Assembly (NCBI RefSeq): GCF_046533115.1 | Contig: NZ_JAJQRC010000002.1 | Location: 43,708-107,707, forward strand | Direction of reading: 5' to 3' | DNA: 64,000 nucleotides | From: Treponema sp. TIM-1 | GTDB lineage: Bacteria > Spirochaetota > Spirochaetia > Treponematales > Breznakiellaceae | Shown here: positions 1 to 8,813 of the stretch, one piece after another | Position numbering within the stretch: the stretch's first letter is position 1 | Layout of the letters: the number at the start of each line of letters is the position of its first letter | Program-made: the position numbers and the translations under genes | Notes under the pieces: model-generated | Seen by the model: only the letters and a program-made list of their open reading frames with translations | The model's database searches: none | What the model was told of the DNA's origin: nothing

Positions 1-217
1 CGATTATCTCCTGCCCTTCCTGGTGATCGGTAATTCGGATACCAAAACCCTGGTGTTGGAACTCTATTTTGCCCGGATCCTCGCGGGCCAGTTCGGTAAT
101 CCCTGGCAGCTCATCTTCCCCGCGGTTTTGGTATCGATCATACCCATTGTGATTGTGTTCCTCTTTCTCCAAAAATTTATCGTCAAAGGTATAAGCGAAG
201 GGGCGATAAAAGCGTAA
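1..217 (+). CDS. Carbohydrate ABC transporter permease, C-terminal fragment. The gene starts upstream of the window.
   Basis: ORF tail ...LVLELYFARILAGQFGNPWQLIFPAVLVSIIPIVIVFLFLQKFIVKGISEGAIKA is typical of a MalG/UgpE-type permease C-terminus. The in-window ATG at 23 is probably internal. Confidence 0.55.
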   Translation, partial: DYLLPFLVIGNSDTKTLVLELYFARILAGQFGNPWQLIFPAVLVSIIPIVIVFLFLQKFIVKGISEGAIKA

Positions 218-426
218 TTCCGGCCACCCCCGGCAAAAGCCCGGGGATTCCCGGAATATTCCCCCTTGATATATTACCCAGGATGTGGTATTTATTAAAA
301 GGAATCTCTCAAAACTTTAGTTTTGGGAGATTCCTTTATTCATGGAAAAAAACGCATTGCGTATGCAAATGCAAGGTCTATCCATAAAGCAACCGACTTT
401 AGGGATAGACAACTAAATAGCGCCAC

Positions 427-463
427 TTTCAAAATCATGGTCCCCGAACACCGGATTTTGAAA
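427..463. promoter_or_regulatory. Inverted repeat TTTCAAAAT-N19-ATTTTGAAA, 20 nt upstream of the MATE gene start
   Basis: It has the same 9-bp core half-site as the 43507 and 51050 palindromes but a longer spacer. Confidence 0.3.
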
Positions 464-482
464 CAGCCTCAGATAATAAGAA

Positions 483-1847
483 ATGACAAGAAATCTTACC
501 GTAGGAAATCCGGCGCTGCTAATCTTTTCCTTTGCCGTCCCTTTATTGATAGGCAACCTTTTCCAGCAGTTTTACAATATGGCGGACACCTTCATCGTCG
601 GTCGTACTATCGGTGTTTTTGCCTTGGCGGCGGTGGGTTGTACCGGAAGCATCAATTTCCTCATCCTGGGATTTATGATAGGTTTTACCCAGGGCGCGTC
701 TATTATCACCTCCCAGCGTTTCGGCGGGGGGGATAGCCGGGGAATCCGCCGGAGTTTTGCGGCAAATTTACTTTTAGGCGCCGGGATAACCCTGGCCCTT
801 ATGGCGGTGAGTATCACCACGGCCCGTCCCCTGTTAAAGCTCCTCAATACCCCGGAGGAAATTTTTGATTCCGCCTATTCCTATATCATCGTCATATACT
901 GGGGTATCCCCGCCGCGTTTTTGTTTAACCTGTTTTCTAATATAATGCGGGCGGTCGGAGACAGCCGTACCCCCCTGATATTCCTGGTGATCGCCTGTAT
1001 CATCAATATAATTTTGGATTATGTGTTTATCTTGGCCTTTCATACCGGAGTAGAAGGGGCGGCCTATGCCACGGTAATTGCCCAATTATTATCGGGTGTT
1101 TTTTGCATTCCGGTGATCCGCAAAAAACTCCCCATCCTCAGGATAACCCGGGAGGACTGGAAGCTTGATCTTCGGGAACTGATGAAACATCTGCGGATGG
1201 CGGTTCCCATGGGGTTTCAGATGAGTATCATCGCTATCGGGGTGGTAACCGTCACCTTTGCCTTGAACATCCTGGGGACTACCGCTGTGGCGGCTTTTAC
1301 CGCGGCCCAAAAAATAGACATGGTGGCCACCATGCCCCTAGGTTCCTTTGGGGCGGCCATGACCACCTACGCGGCCCAAAATTACGGGGCCCGAAAGATA
1401 GACCGGATTGAAAAAGGGGTACTCCAGTGCTCCCTGATGTCCTGCTCCTTTGGCATCCTTATGGGGATCCTCTTCTTTTTTATCGGGAACCATCTGGCGG
1501 CGATCTTTTTAGGCACCGACTTAGCAGCCATCGCCTTGGCCCATACCTATCTTAAAATAACCGGTTCCTTTTATTTCTTTTTAGCCTGTCTCTTTATCTT
1601 CCGTCAAACCCTACAAGGGCTGGGGGATAGTTTAATCCCTACCATCGCGGGGATCACGGAACTGCTCATGCGTACCTTCGCCGCAATAATCCTTTCCCGG
1701 TATTTTGGGTTTATCGGGATCTGTTTTGCCGGCCCCATGGCCTTTGTCGGGGCCTGTATTCCCCTCACCTCCGCCATTATTTTTACCCTAAAACGGCTCC
1801 TCCGTAAATCCGTTGCCGAAAAAAAGCAGCTTACCTATAACCGGTAG
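483..1847 (+). CDS. MATE family efflux transporter
   Basis: 454 aa with 12 predicted TM segments. The N-terminus NPALLIFSFAVPLLIGNLFQQFYNMADTFIVGR is a classic MATE/NorM start. Confidence 0.8.
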   Translation: MTRNLTVGNPALLIFSFAVPLLIGNLFQQFYNMADTFIVGRTIGVFALAAVGCTGSINFLILGFMIGFTQGASIITSQRFGGGDSRGIRRSFAANLLLGAGITLALMAVSITTARPLLKLLNTPEEIFDSAYSYIIVIYWGIPAAFLFNLFSNIMRAVGDSRTPLIFLVIACIINIILDYVFILAFHTGVEGAAYATVIAQLLSGVFCIPVIRKKLPILRITREDWKLDLRELMKHLRMAVPMGFQMSIIAIGVVTVTFALNILGTTAVAAFTAAQKIDMVATMPLGSFGAAMTTYAAQNYGARKIDRIEKGVLQCSLMSCSFGILMGILFFFIGNHLAAIFLGTDLAAIALAHTYLKITGSFYFFLACLFIFRQTLQGLGDSLIPTIAGITELLMRTFAAIILSRYFGFIGICFAGPMAFVGACIPLTSAIIFTLKRLLRKSVAEKKQLTYNR

Positions 1848-1861
1848 GATCTGATAATCTT

Positions 1862-2785
1862 TTATACTCTTTTCACCGCCCGGATAAGCATCACATCCCC
1901 CCAGCCATATTTTTTAGCCGCCCGGTCTGCCCAGCGTTTGACCGGCGGCGGGGCCGTACCAGCCGCGAGCCCTCCCCAGGTAATAACCCGCTCAACGCCA
2001 AACCCGGTTTGCAGGAGCAATTGGGAAAGGGTTTTAACCGAAAAGAGGTACAGATGGTCAAATATGGCGGAACGCCAGCGGCCTTTAAAGAACCGAGCCT
2101 GAAACCCGGCTATATTGGGGGTGGTAACCAAAAAAAGCCCTCCCGGGGAAAGGATCCGGTACACTTCTCCGACAAAGGCGGCGGGATCATTCAGGTGCTC
2201 GATCAGATGGGAAGCCAGGACCAGGGTAAATTCGTTTTCGGGGAAATTATTTTTTTCCAGGGGAAGCACCCTGACATCAAGGCCCCGTTTGGCCCGGGCA
2301 TATTCCGCCTGGGGGGTACTGATCTCCACCCCCCGGACCTGCCAGCCCCGTCCTCGCAAGAGGGTGAGGAGGGAACCCGTGGCACACCCCACATCCAGCA
2401 CCTTGGGGAACGGTTTCTTAGACAGGTTTAGGCTTTTTTCCCACTCGTAAAAACCGGCATCCTCCAGGGCCAGTTCTTGGAGGCGCAAAAAGGAAACTTC
2501 ATTGGCCAATTCATAGGAAAGATAGGATTCGCCATAATCTTCCCGGTACCGGCTCATCACCGTTTGGTCCAGGGGTTGGGGATTTATTTGGACCAGGCCG
2601 CAGCCCCGGCAGGCGACATAGGAAAAACCTTCACAGGAAAGCCGGGGCCGGAATTGCCGGGAGCCGCATAAAACACAGGGGATAAACTGAGACTCCACGC
2701 CCCGTACCGGCGTGGACCAGGTTTTAATCGTCCTCATACCTGTCCTTATGTAAAAGTCTGGTAATACCCCGAGCCGCGGCGTCAT
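1862..2785 (-). CDS. Class I SAM-dependent methyltransferase with an N-terminal CxxC...CxxC zinc-ribbon
   Basis: SAM-binding motif I is VLDVGCATGSLL. Cys pairs CVLCGS and CRGCG near the N-terminus suggest a zinc ribbon. Post-I and motif II regions are present. 307 aa. Confidence 0.7.
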   Translation of the reverse strand: MTPRLGVLPDFYIRTGMRTIKTWSTPVRGVESQFIPCVLCGSRQFRPRLSCEGFSYVACRGCGLVQINPQPLDQTVMSRYREDYGESYLSYELANEVSFLRLQELALEDAGFYEWEKSLNLSKKPFPKVLDVGCATGSLLTLLRGRGWQVRGVEISTPQAEYARAKRGLDVRVLPLEKNNFPENEFTLVLASHLIEHLNDPAAFVGEVYRILSPGGLFLVTTPNIAGFQARFFKGRWRSAIFDHLYLFSVKTLSQLLLQTGFGVERVITWGGLAAGTAPPPVKRWADRAAKKYGWGDVMLIRAVKRV

Positions 2786-3684
2786 TCCACCAGGAAACGA
2801 TATACATTATTCCGGACATTTCCGGTGATATCCTGGGCGATGACGGTAAGGGTTGCCTGTCCCCGTATAAACTCCACCTCGCCGATCTCAAAGGCCTGTT
2901 CAGAGGAATAAACCTGCTGGACCGGTACCAAACTGTTGCGGTACACCATCAAAACCCCGTCCCGGATGGAAAAGGTTTCAAAGGTCAAAACCCCAATCTC
3001 GATCCCGTTAAGGGAACATACAATCCGGTAGGGTGCCAGGGGTATTTCATTGGGATTGATACGGGTATCCGATGCCGCCACCAAAACCGTATACCGTCCC
3101 TGGCGTATTGTCTTTGCCTGGGAAAGATCGATCCGGCTGTTTCGGTCAGTTTTCAGCAAAACCGATTGAATCTGGGGCGGCATGGTATCCTCAAGGGGGG
3201 CAATAATGGTGGAAGGATTAACCCAACGCCGTTCCCGACGATCAAAGAGGGAAAAATAAAATCCCCCCTGATTTGTCCATCCCGATTGACCCGCCGACGC
3301 GATAACCACATCCTTATCTATTATATCAGGAAGCGCAGGATTCGTCATATCCTCAAAGCGGCTGTATATACCGATGATCCCGTCCCCATGTTCCAGGGCT
3401 ATCCAGGAACCCAGGGGAGAGGGCAGCACCGACGCAGTGTTGGACGGGGTGTGGTAAAAGATCAGTTCTCCCTTATCCGCGGCCCGGATAGGTCCCTCTG
3501 CCAGAAAAATATTACCCAAGGATGGCCGGCCTTCATCGTTCCATCCAAAATTACGGGTAATCCGGGCTTCCTGCGAGGGCCAGTCCATGGGGTAAAGATA
3601 GGTAATCCCCAAAACGGTAATACCTCCCAGGAACGCCAGAAAAAACATCCCGGGAATCCGCCGCTTTTTTATAAACCACCTCAT
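2782..3684 (-). CDS. Membrane-anchored LytM/M23-like domain protein with a degenerate active site
   Basis: It has an N-terminal TM helix. The core IALEHGDGIIGIYSRF and SAGQSGWTNQGGFYFSLFD aligns to the M23 blocks VIDHGNGYxTLYAHL and GSTGRSTGPHLHFEV, but the HxxxD and HxH histidines are missing. This is the EnvC/NlpD-type inactive LytM pattern. Confidence 0.4.
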   Translation of the reverse strand: MRWFIKKRRIPGMFFLAFLGGITVLGITYLYPMDWPSQEARITRNFGWNDEGRPSLGNIFLAEGPIRAADKGELIFYHTPSNTASVLPSPLGSWIALEHGDGIIGIYSRFEDMTNPALPDIIDKDVVIASAGQSGWTNQGGFYFSLFDRRERRWVNPSTIIAPLEDTMPPQIQSVLLKTDRNSRIDLSQAKTIRQGRYTVLVAASDTRINPNEIPLAPYRIVCSLNGIEIGVLTFETFSIRDGVLMVYRNSLVPVQQVYSSEQAFEIGEVEFIRGQATLTVIAQDITGNVRNNVYRFLVE

Positions 3685-4790
3685 TTTTTATCCAACTCAA
3701 AGGAAACCATGGTTGTCCCCCCCCCAATAAAAACCCGGGAATCTTGACGGCCAAGAAATACGGCTTGACTAATAAAGGGCGCTTCAATAATTTTAGTTTC
3801 CGGAAGCCGAATCACCACCAAATTTTTCCGGAATTCAGACTCCGAGGTAATAACAAAGAGAAGACCGTCATCACCACTACCGTCTATGGCATGAATATCC
3901 CCATCCAGGGGTAAAAAAAGACTCTTTCTGGTTTGAATAGTATAGACCCCCAGACCTCCGTTCCGCTCAAACACCACACGGTTGTCGTTATCAATAAAAG
4001 CGATATGTACTTCCCGTCTGAACCCCTGGGGTAAGAATTCATGGTAAATAACCTTATAGGAATCCCCAAACCGTCCTAACAGAAGAAAACGCTGGGGGTC
4101 TATGCCGGAAACCATTGCCAATTTTGAACCGTCCCGGGAGATCCGGCAACCCAGAATCACCGAATACCGGGAACCTCCCGGTTCAAAGGGGGGGAAAACC
4201 AAACGGCCGTTCCCGTCCAAAAGTTCCACCGTGCCGTCCAGGGAACCGGTTACGATAAGACCGGCGGCGGCATCCATATAGGTAAGAGGGGCGGCAAAAT
4301 CATGGGTCCATTGTACGGTCCCGGATTCATCCACCAGAGAGAGGGAAGTCTGTTCATAGTTAATAATGAACACCCGGTTATCCAAAAATTTAGGATAACC
4401 CCGGCTGTTTTTTATGGTTACTATCCGGCTGTTTAGGGGATCCCGGACCTCAATGGATTCAGGCATGGCTTGATATTCCGCCCAGCGGTCTTTTGAGAGG
4501 GATACATATCCCCCCTTAATGCGGTTAAGGGCAAAATTGCCCTGGGAATCAACATAACCAAAACGCCCCCCCAGCTCAAAGGGGATAAGCGGGCCGGTAT
4601 CTTCAAAATCAGGATAATCGGATTCAAGGGATCTTAGCCATTGGGATGTTAAGATAGTTTCTACCGGTATCGGCCGGCCGGCGATAAAAGCATAGAACAT
4701 AAAAAGAAGGAAAACCGCGATAATCCAGTATTTTTGTTTTTTTTTAACCACCCAGGCCCCTTCCGTATGATTTATAAAGGGGTGTTTCAA
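3681..4790 (-). CDS. Hypothetical signal-anchored protein, probably a beta-propeller
   Basis: 369 aa with an N-terminal TM helix. Repetitive beta-rich segments include SLDGTVELLDGNGRLV and ISRDGSKLAMVSG. No recognizable catalytic motif. Translationally coupled to the downstream LytM-like gene. Confidence 0.4.
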   Translation of the reverse strand: MKHPFINHTEGAWVVKKKQKYWIIAVFLLFMFYAFIAGRPIPVETILTSQWLRSLESDYPDFEDTGPLIPFELGGRFGYVDSQGNFALNRIKGGYVSLSKDRWAEYQAMPESIEVRDPLNSRIVTIKNSRGYPKFLDNRVFIINYEQTSLSLVDESGTVQWTHDFAAPLTYMDAAAGLIVTGSLDGTVELLDGNGRLVFPPFEPGGSRYSVILGCRISRDGSKLAMVSGIDPQRFLLLGRFGDSYKVIYHEFLPQGFRREVHIAFIDNDNRVVFERNGGLGVYTIQTRKSLFLPLDGDIHAIDGSGDDGLLFVITSESEFRKNLVVIRLPETKIIEAPFISQAVFLGRQDSRVFIGGGTTMVSFELDKK

Positions 4791-5037
4791 ATTCCAACAT
4801 TTTGAAATACCCCTTTATATATAGTATAGCAGGAGATCCTGTGTCAATCCGCCTCGGCGTATTCCCGCCATTGGGCAGGAGAACTGGAAGGCGAGGTAGT
4901 TTATCAATACCCGCCATGCCGCGGTAGGCTTGGTTAATTGTTCCGATTATCGTTCTGTTTTATGTAATGACTTGACATATTCTGCGGTATAATACAATAC
5001 TTTAACCAGTCTGAAGTTTGCCACAAAAGGAGCGGTA

Positions 5038-5697
5038 ATGATTGATGACGATATATTAACCATAGAAGAGGTGGCCCGGTATTTACGAGTTTCGGAGCGG
5101 ACCGTCTATGATTGGGCACAAAAAGGGGAAATTCCTTCAGGGAAAATAGGGACCGTATGGCGGTTTAAGAAAACGGAGATCGAACAATGGGTAAACGACC
5201 GTTTATCGGCCAATAAATTGAATCCCCAGTTTAATTCTATCCATATCGCCACGGTAATTTCTCCGGATCGGATCATTTTTCTTAATTATTCCACAAAAAA
5301 GGATGCCCTCCTGGCATTGGCGGATAATCTTGCCAATGCCCCCCAGGTAAAAAACCGGCAGGAATTAGCCCAAGAGATCCTAAAGCGGGAAGAACTGATG
5401 AGTACCGCCATGGGCAGGAGTATTGCCATACCCCACGTCCGGTTGTCTTCGGTAACCGATTTGGTTGTTTCCGTGGGGATAAGTCAGACCGATATTATTG
5501 ATTTTCAAACCTTGGATGATGAGCCGGTCCGTCTGATCTTTATGATCGCCGCGGCTTATAACCAGCATGCCTATTATCTCCAGACCCTCTCTTTTTTTAG
5601 TGCCCGCTTGAAAAATCAGGAACTTAGAAATGCCCTGCTGGCGGCAAAAACTCCTGAAGAGGCCTATACCCTTTTGGCGGGGGAGTACAGGACTTAA
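5038..5697 (+). CDS. HTH (excisionase/MerR-like) DNA-binding domain fused to a PTS EIIA (PtsN/fructose-type) domain
   Basis: The N-terminus LTIEEVARYLRVSERTVYDWAQKGEIPSGKIGTVWRFKKTEIEQWV is an HTH_17-type helix-turn-helix. The C-terminus MGRSIAIPHVRL carries the conserved phosphorylatable His of EIIA-Ntr/fructose-type EIIA. Confidence 0.7.
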   Translation: MIDDDILTIEEVARYLRVSERTVYDWAQKGEIPSGKIGTVWRFKKTEIEQWVNDRLSANKLNPQFNSIHIATVISPDRIIFLNYSTKKDALLALADNLANAPQVKNRQELAQEILKREELMSTAMGRSIAIPHVRLSSVTDLVVSVGISQTDIIDFQTLDDEPVRLIFMIAAAYNQHAYYLQTLSFFSARLKNQELRNALLAAKTPEEAYTLLAGEYRT

Positions 5698-5759
5698 CGG
5701 AACCTGGGGAACTTAACCGCGGCTGTTTAAAGGCTGCTATTAGAGGAGTATTAACCACC

Positions 5760-6995
5760 CTATTCAAATCGTATACCCATCCACCGGGAGATTTCGCTTA
5801 CATCTGCCCTGATGCGGCCCAGGGGAACCGGGGCGGTGGTTTCCGCCACCAGCCACTGGATCCCTTCATGGGTAAACCGGGCGCCGGTTCCGGGCAGATC
5901 GACCAGCCCCATGGCATGGTTATAGTCGGCGGAAACCATAATCGCCCCGGGGATATTGGCCTGTTCCAGAATAATAGCCCAGAGCATGGCCCGGCTGTCG
6001 CAGTCACCCCGGCCTTCGAAGGCGGCGCTCACCAGATTTACAAAATCACTGCCCAAAAGATCCCTCTCATAGGTAAAGGATTGTACCCATCCCAGGGCTT
6101 TTTCCGCGAGGACCATACCGGGGGATTCCTCTGCTGCCGGAGCCGCCGGATCTTTCCAGGCCGATACATTCCAGTATCGTTCCAGGACAAAGGCGGCATT
6201 GGCCAGTCGTTCAAAGGAATCCCGGTATATGGCCCGATAAAAACGGGTCCAGGCCTCCCGCCAAAGGGGGGATCGTCCGTAAAGCCTGAGAACGACAAAT
6301 TCCCGGTCTACCAGGGCTTGGGCGCCTTGGGCATCAAATTCCCTGAGAGAGACCTCAAGGCCAAGTCCCGCAAGATTATCAGTGATCCGCTTACCCCGGG
6401 GATAGGTAAATTCCGTAATGGGCCCCGGGACATATCTATCCGCCTCTGAGGGCGCAATGGAATCCAGGGCTGATAAATGGAGGTACTCAAGCTCCCCTGC
6501 CCCGGCCGGGCCGTAAGCTAAGGCCAAAAGCAGGGGGGGTGTCTGGGCGCCTGCATTTTCCCCGCCGCCTTCCAGCTCAACACAGAGCCCCCAGCCCGCA
6601 AAAGCGGAACCTTCCTCTCCCGTCCGCTTATCCCTGGTCCCAAAGGCCAATTCCAGGAGAGCGGCTTTTTTATTTCGATATTCAAAGAAAACCACTTCTC
6701 CCTGGTTTCCCAGGCGTTCTTGAACATCCGCAGTCAGGGCTTCCACCGACGGGTAGGCGGCTCCGGCATAAACAGCCAGATCAAGGGAGGTCTTCCATGA
6801 GGAAAAAAAAGAAAACCGATCCTTCCCGTTTCCGTCTTGATATTCATATCCTTCAGGAACATCAATACGAAATCCCCAGGTAGGAGAATAAAGGGGGGCG
6901 GAAACCATAAAAACCGGGCTTATCCCTCCAAACAAGAGGAGGATAAAAAAAACACTCCGTAAACGGGATATAACCGGATAAATTATTTGTTTCAT
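5760..6995 (-). CDS. Secreted transglutaminase-like (Cys-His-Asp) domain protein
   Basis: The 544-aa open frame is trimmed to start at MKQIIYPVISRL..., which is followed by a signal peptide. The C-terminal GDCDSRAML...NHAMGLVDL fits the transglutaminase-like core motif G-x-C...H...D. Confidence 0.5.
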   Translation of the reverse strand: MKQIIYPVISRLRSVFFILLLFGGISPVFMVSAPLYSPTWGFRIDVPEGYEYQDGNGKDRFSFFSSWKTSLDLAVYAGAAYPSVEALTADVQERLGNQGEVVFFEYRNKKAALLELAFGTRDKRTGEEGSAFAGWGLCVELEGGGENAGAQTPPLLLALAYGPAGAGELEYLHLSALDSIAPSEADRYVPGPITEFTYPRGKRITDNLAGLGLEVSLREFDAQGAQALVDREFVVLRLYGRSPLWREAWTRFYRAIYRDSFERLANAAFVLERYWNVSAWKDPAAPAAEESPGMVLAEKALGWVQSFTYERDLLGSDFVNLVSAAFEGRGDCDSRAMLWAIILEQANIPGAIMVSADYNHAMGLVDLPGTGARFTHEGIQWLVAETTAPVPLGRIRADVSEISRWMGIRFE

Positions 6996-7041
6996 GTTAC
7001 TATAATAATCGGTAGATGCCGCAGGACTTATCTCAACGAAA

Positions 7042-7758
7042 ATGGAAAACCCAGGAGGTTTTTTGAAAAATATTTCCCTTTTATTTGAAAATGACGAATG
7101 TATTATCCTTAATAAGCCGGCCGGGCTTCCGGTACAGGGAGGGGAAAAGGTAGGAGCTTCTCTGGATAGGATCCTGGCCTCGGAACGATCTCCCCGGCCC
7201 CTTTTGGTACACCGTCTTGATAAGGATACCTCCGGGCTTATTCTGGTGGCAAAAAACCGGGAAGCCGCCGCCCGTTTTTCCGTCCTTTTTTCCTCCGGGG
7301 GGACGAACCGGGGTATCACCAAGTTATATCTCGCTATTTGCGCCGGGCAGCCGAATCCCCCCTCGGGGATCATCCGGGAGGAGCTTTCCGGCAAGCGGGG
7401 GATCCAAAAGGCGGTAACCTCCTATCGATTACTGGATGAAAACGGGGGATTTTCCCTCATGGAACTGAAACTGGGCACCGGTCGTACTCATCAGATCCGC
7501 CGCCACCTGTCCCGTTTGGGAAATCCCATCCTGGGGGATGATAAATACGGGAATTTCGCCCTAAATAAAGAACTCCGTAAAACCCTGGGACTCAAGTACC
7601 TCCTCCTCCATTCCGCCCGGCTCATCATCGATGCCTCCCTTTTAGGATATCCCCTGGATGTCAGCACCCCGCCGCCGGATTATTTTCAGATTTTTAACAT
7701 AGGGGAAGGGCCGGGTTATGAACCGGTGCATCTGCCAAAAAGAAAGGAGAGTCTATAA
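7042..7758 (+). CDS. RluA family pseudouridine synthase
   Basis: HRLDKDTSGLILVAK catalytic Asp motif, and RTHQIRRHL. Confidence 0.8.
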   Translation: MENPGGFLKNISLLFENDECIILNKPAGLPVQGGEKVGASLDRILASERSPRPLLVHRLDKDTSGLILVAKNREAAARFSVLFSSGGTNRGITKLYLAICAGQPNPPSGIIREELSGKRGIQKAVTSYRLLDENGGFSLMELKLGTGRTHQIRRHLSRLGNPILGDDKYGNFALNKELRKTLGLKYLLLHSARLIIDASLLGYPLDVSTPPPDYFQIFNIGEGPGYEPVHLPKRKESL

Positions 7759-8780
7759 TGGCACAAATAACTATAGGGAAAACCGGAGTACGGGTGGAAC
7801 AAAACGGCTTCGGCGCATTACCGATCCAGCGAATAACCGCCGATGAGGCGGTGTACCTCTTGAAGAAGGCCTATCACGGCGGTATAAATTTTTTTGATTC
7901 CGCCCGGGGCTATACCGACAGTGAGGAAAAGTTAGGGAAAGCCTTTACGGGTGAGTGGGAGCATATTTTTATTGCCACCAAGACCCCCGCCGGAAAAGCC
8001 GAACAATTTTGGGAGGATTTGGAAACCAGCCTTAGAATGTTAAAAACCGATCATATCGATCTATACCAGTTTCATAATCCCCCTTTCTGTCCAAAACCGG
8101 GAGATCCCAGTAAACTCTACGATGCCATGGTTCAGGCAAAAAAGCAGGGGAAAATCCGGTTTATCGGTATTACAAATCATCGTCTCCATATCGCCTGGGA
8201 AGCTATAGAATCAGGACTCTACGATACCCTCCAGTTTCCCCTGAGCTATCTGAGTTCTGAAAAAGACCTTGCCCTGGTTGCCGCCTGCAAGGAAAAGGGC
8301 ATGGGCTTTATCGCCATGAAAGCCCTTTCAGGGGGACTTATCACCAATGCCGCGGCGGCCTATACATGGATGGCCCGTTTTAAAAATGTTATTCCTATCT
8401 GGGGTATTCAGCGGGAAGGGGAACTGGATGAATTTATTTCCTATATAAAAAATCCGCCGGTTTTAACCGAAGAGAGGATGTCCTTTATCGAAAGGGATCG
8501 AGCGGGCTTACAGGGCGCTTTCTGCCGGGGCTGCGGATACTGTATGCCCTGTCCTCAGGGAATCGTGATCAATATGTGCGCCCGGGCGTCGCTCTTACTC
8601 AGGCGTGCGCCTCTGGAGATGTTGATGTCGGAGCGGGGAAAGGCGATGATGAAAAAGGTGGAGGATTGTATTCACTGCGACCAATGCTCCGCCAAATGTC
8701 CCTATGGCCTGGATCCTCCCACCCTTTTACAAAAGAATTACCAGGATTATCAGGAGATCCTGGCGGGAAAACCGCTATAA
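7758..8780 (+). CDS. Aldo/keto reductase with a C-terminal 4Fe-4S ferredoxin-type domain
   Basis: The AKR core includes the GINFFDSARGY block. The C-terminus has two Cys clusters, CRGCGYCMPCP and CIHCDQCSAKCP. Its ATG overlaps the rluA stop (ATAATGG). Confidence 0.75.
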   Translation: MAQITIGKTGVRVEQNGFGALPIQRITADEAVYLLKKAYHGGINFFDSARGYTDSEEKLGKAFTGEWEHIFIATKTPAGKAEQFWEDLETSLRMLKTDHIDLYQFHNPPFCPKPGDPSKLYDAMVQAKKQGKIRFIGITNHRLHIAWEAIESGLYDTLQFPLSYLSSEKDLALVAACKEKGMGFIAMKALSGGLITNAAAAYTWMARFKNVIPIWGIQREGELDEFISYIKNPPVLTEERMSFIERDRAGLQGAFCRGCGYCMPCPQGIVINMCARASLLLRRAPLEMLMSERGKAMMKKVEDCIHCDQCSAKCPYGLDPPTLLQKNYQDYQEILAGKPL

Positions 8781-8813
8781 CCAGAAGCTTTTTCAGGATC
8801 AAGCGCCGGGACA

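Noticed and set aside
323-736. 137-aa plus-strand ORF overlapping the MATE gene start
   Set aside because: It lies out of frame with the well-supported MATE gene and overlaps it. It is low-complexity and basic, and it covers the upstream palindrome. It is most likely non-coding.
5760-7394. 544-aa extended ORF for the transglutaminase-like protein
   Set aside because: The upstream 133 codons are Pro/Arg/Ser-rich with no signal. An internal Met at 6995 is followed by a classic signal peptide.
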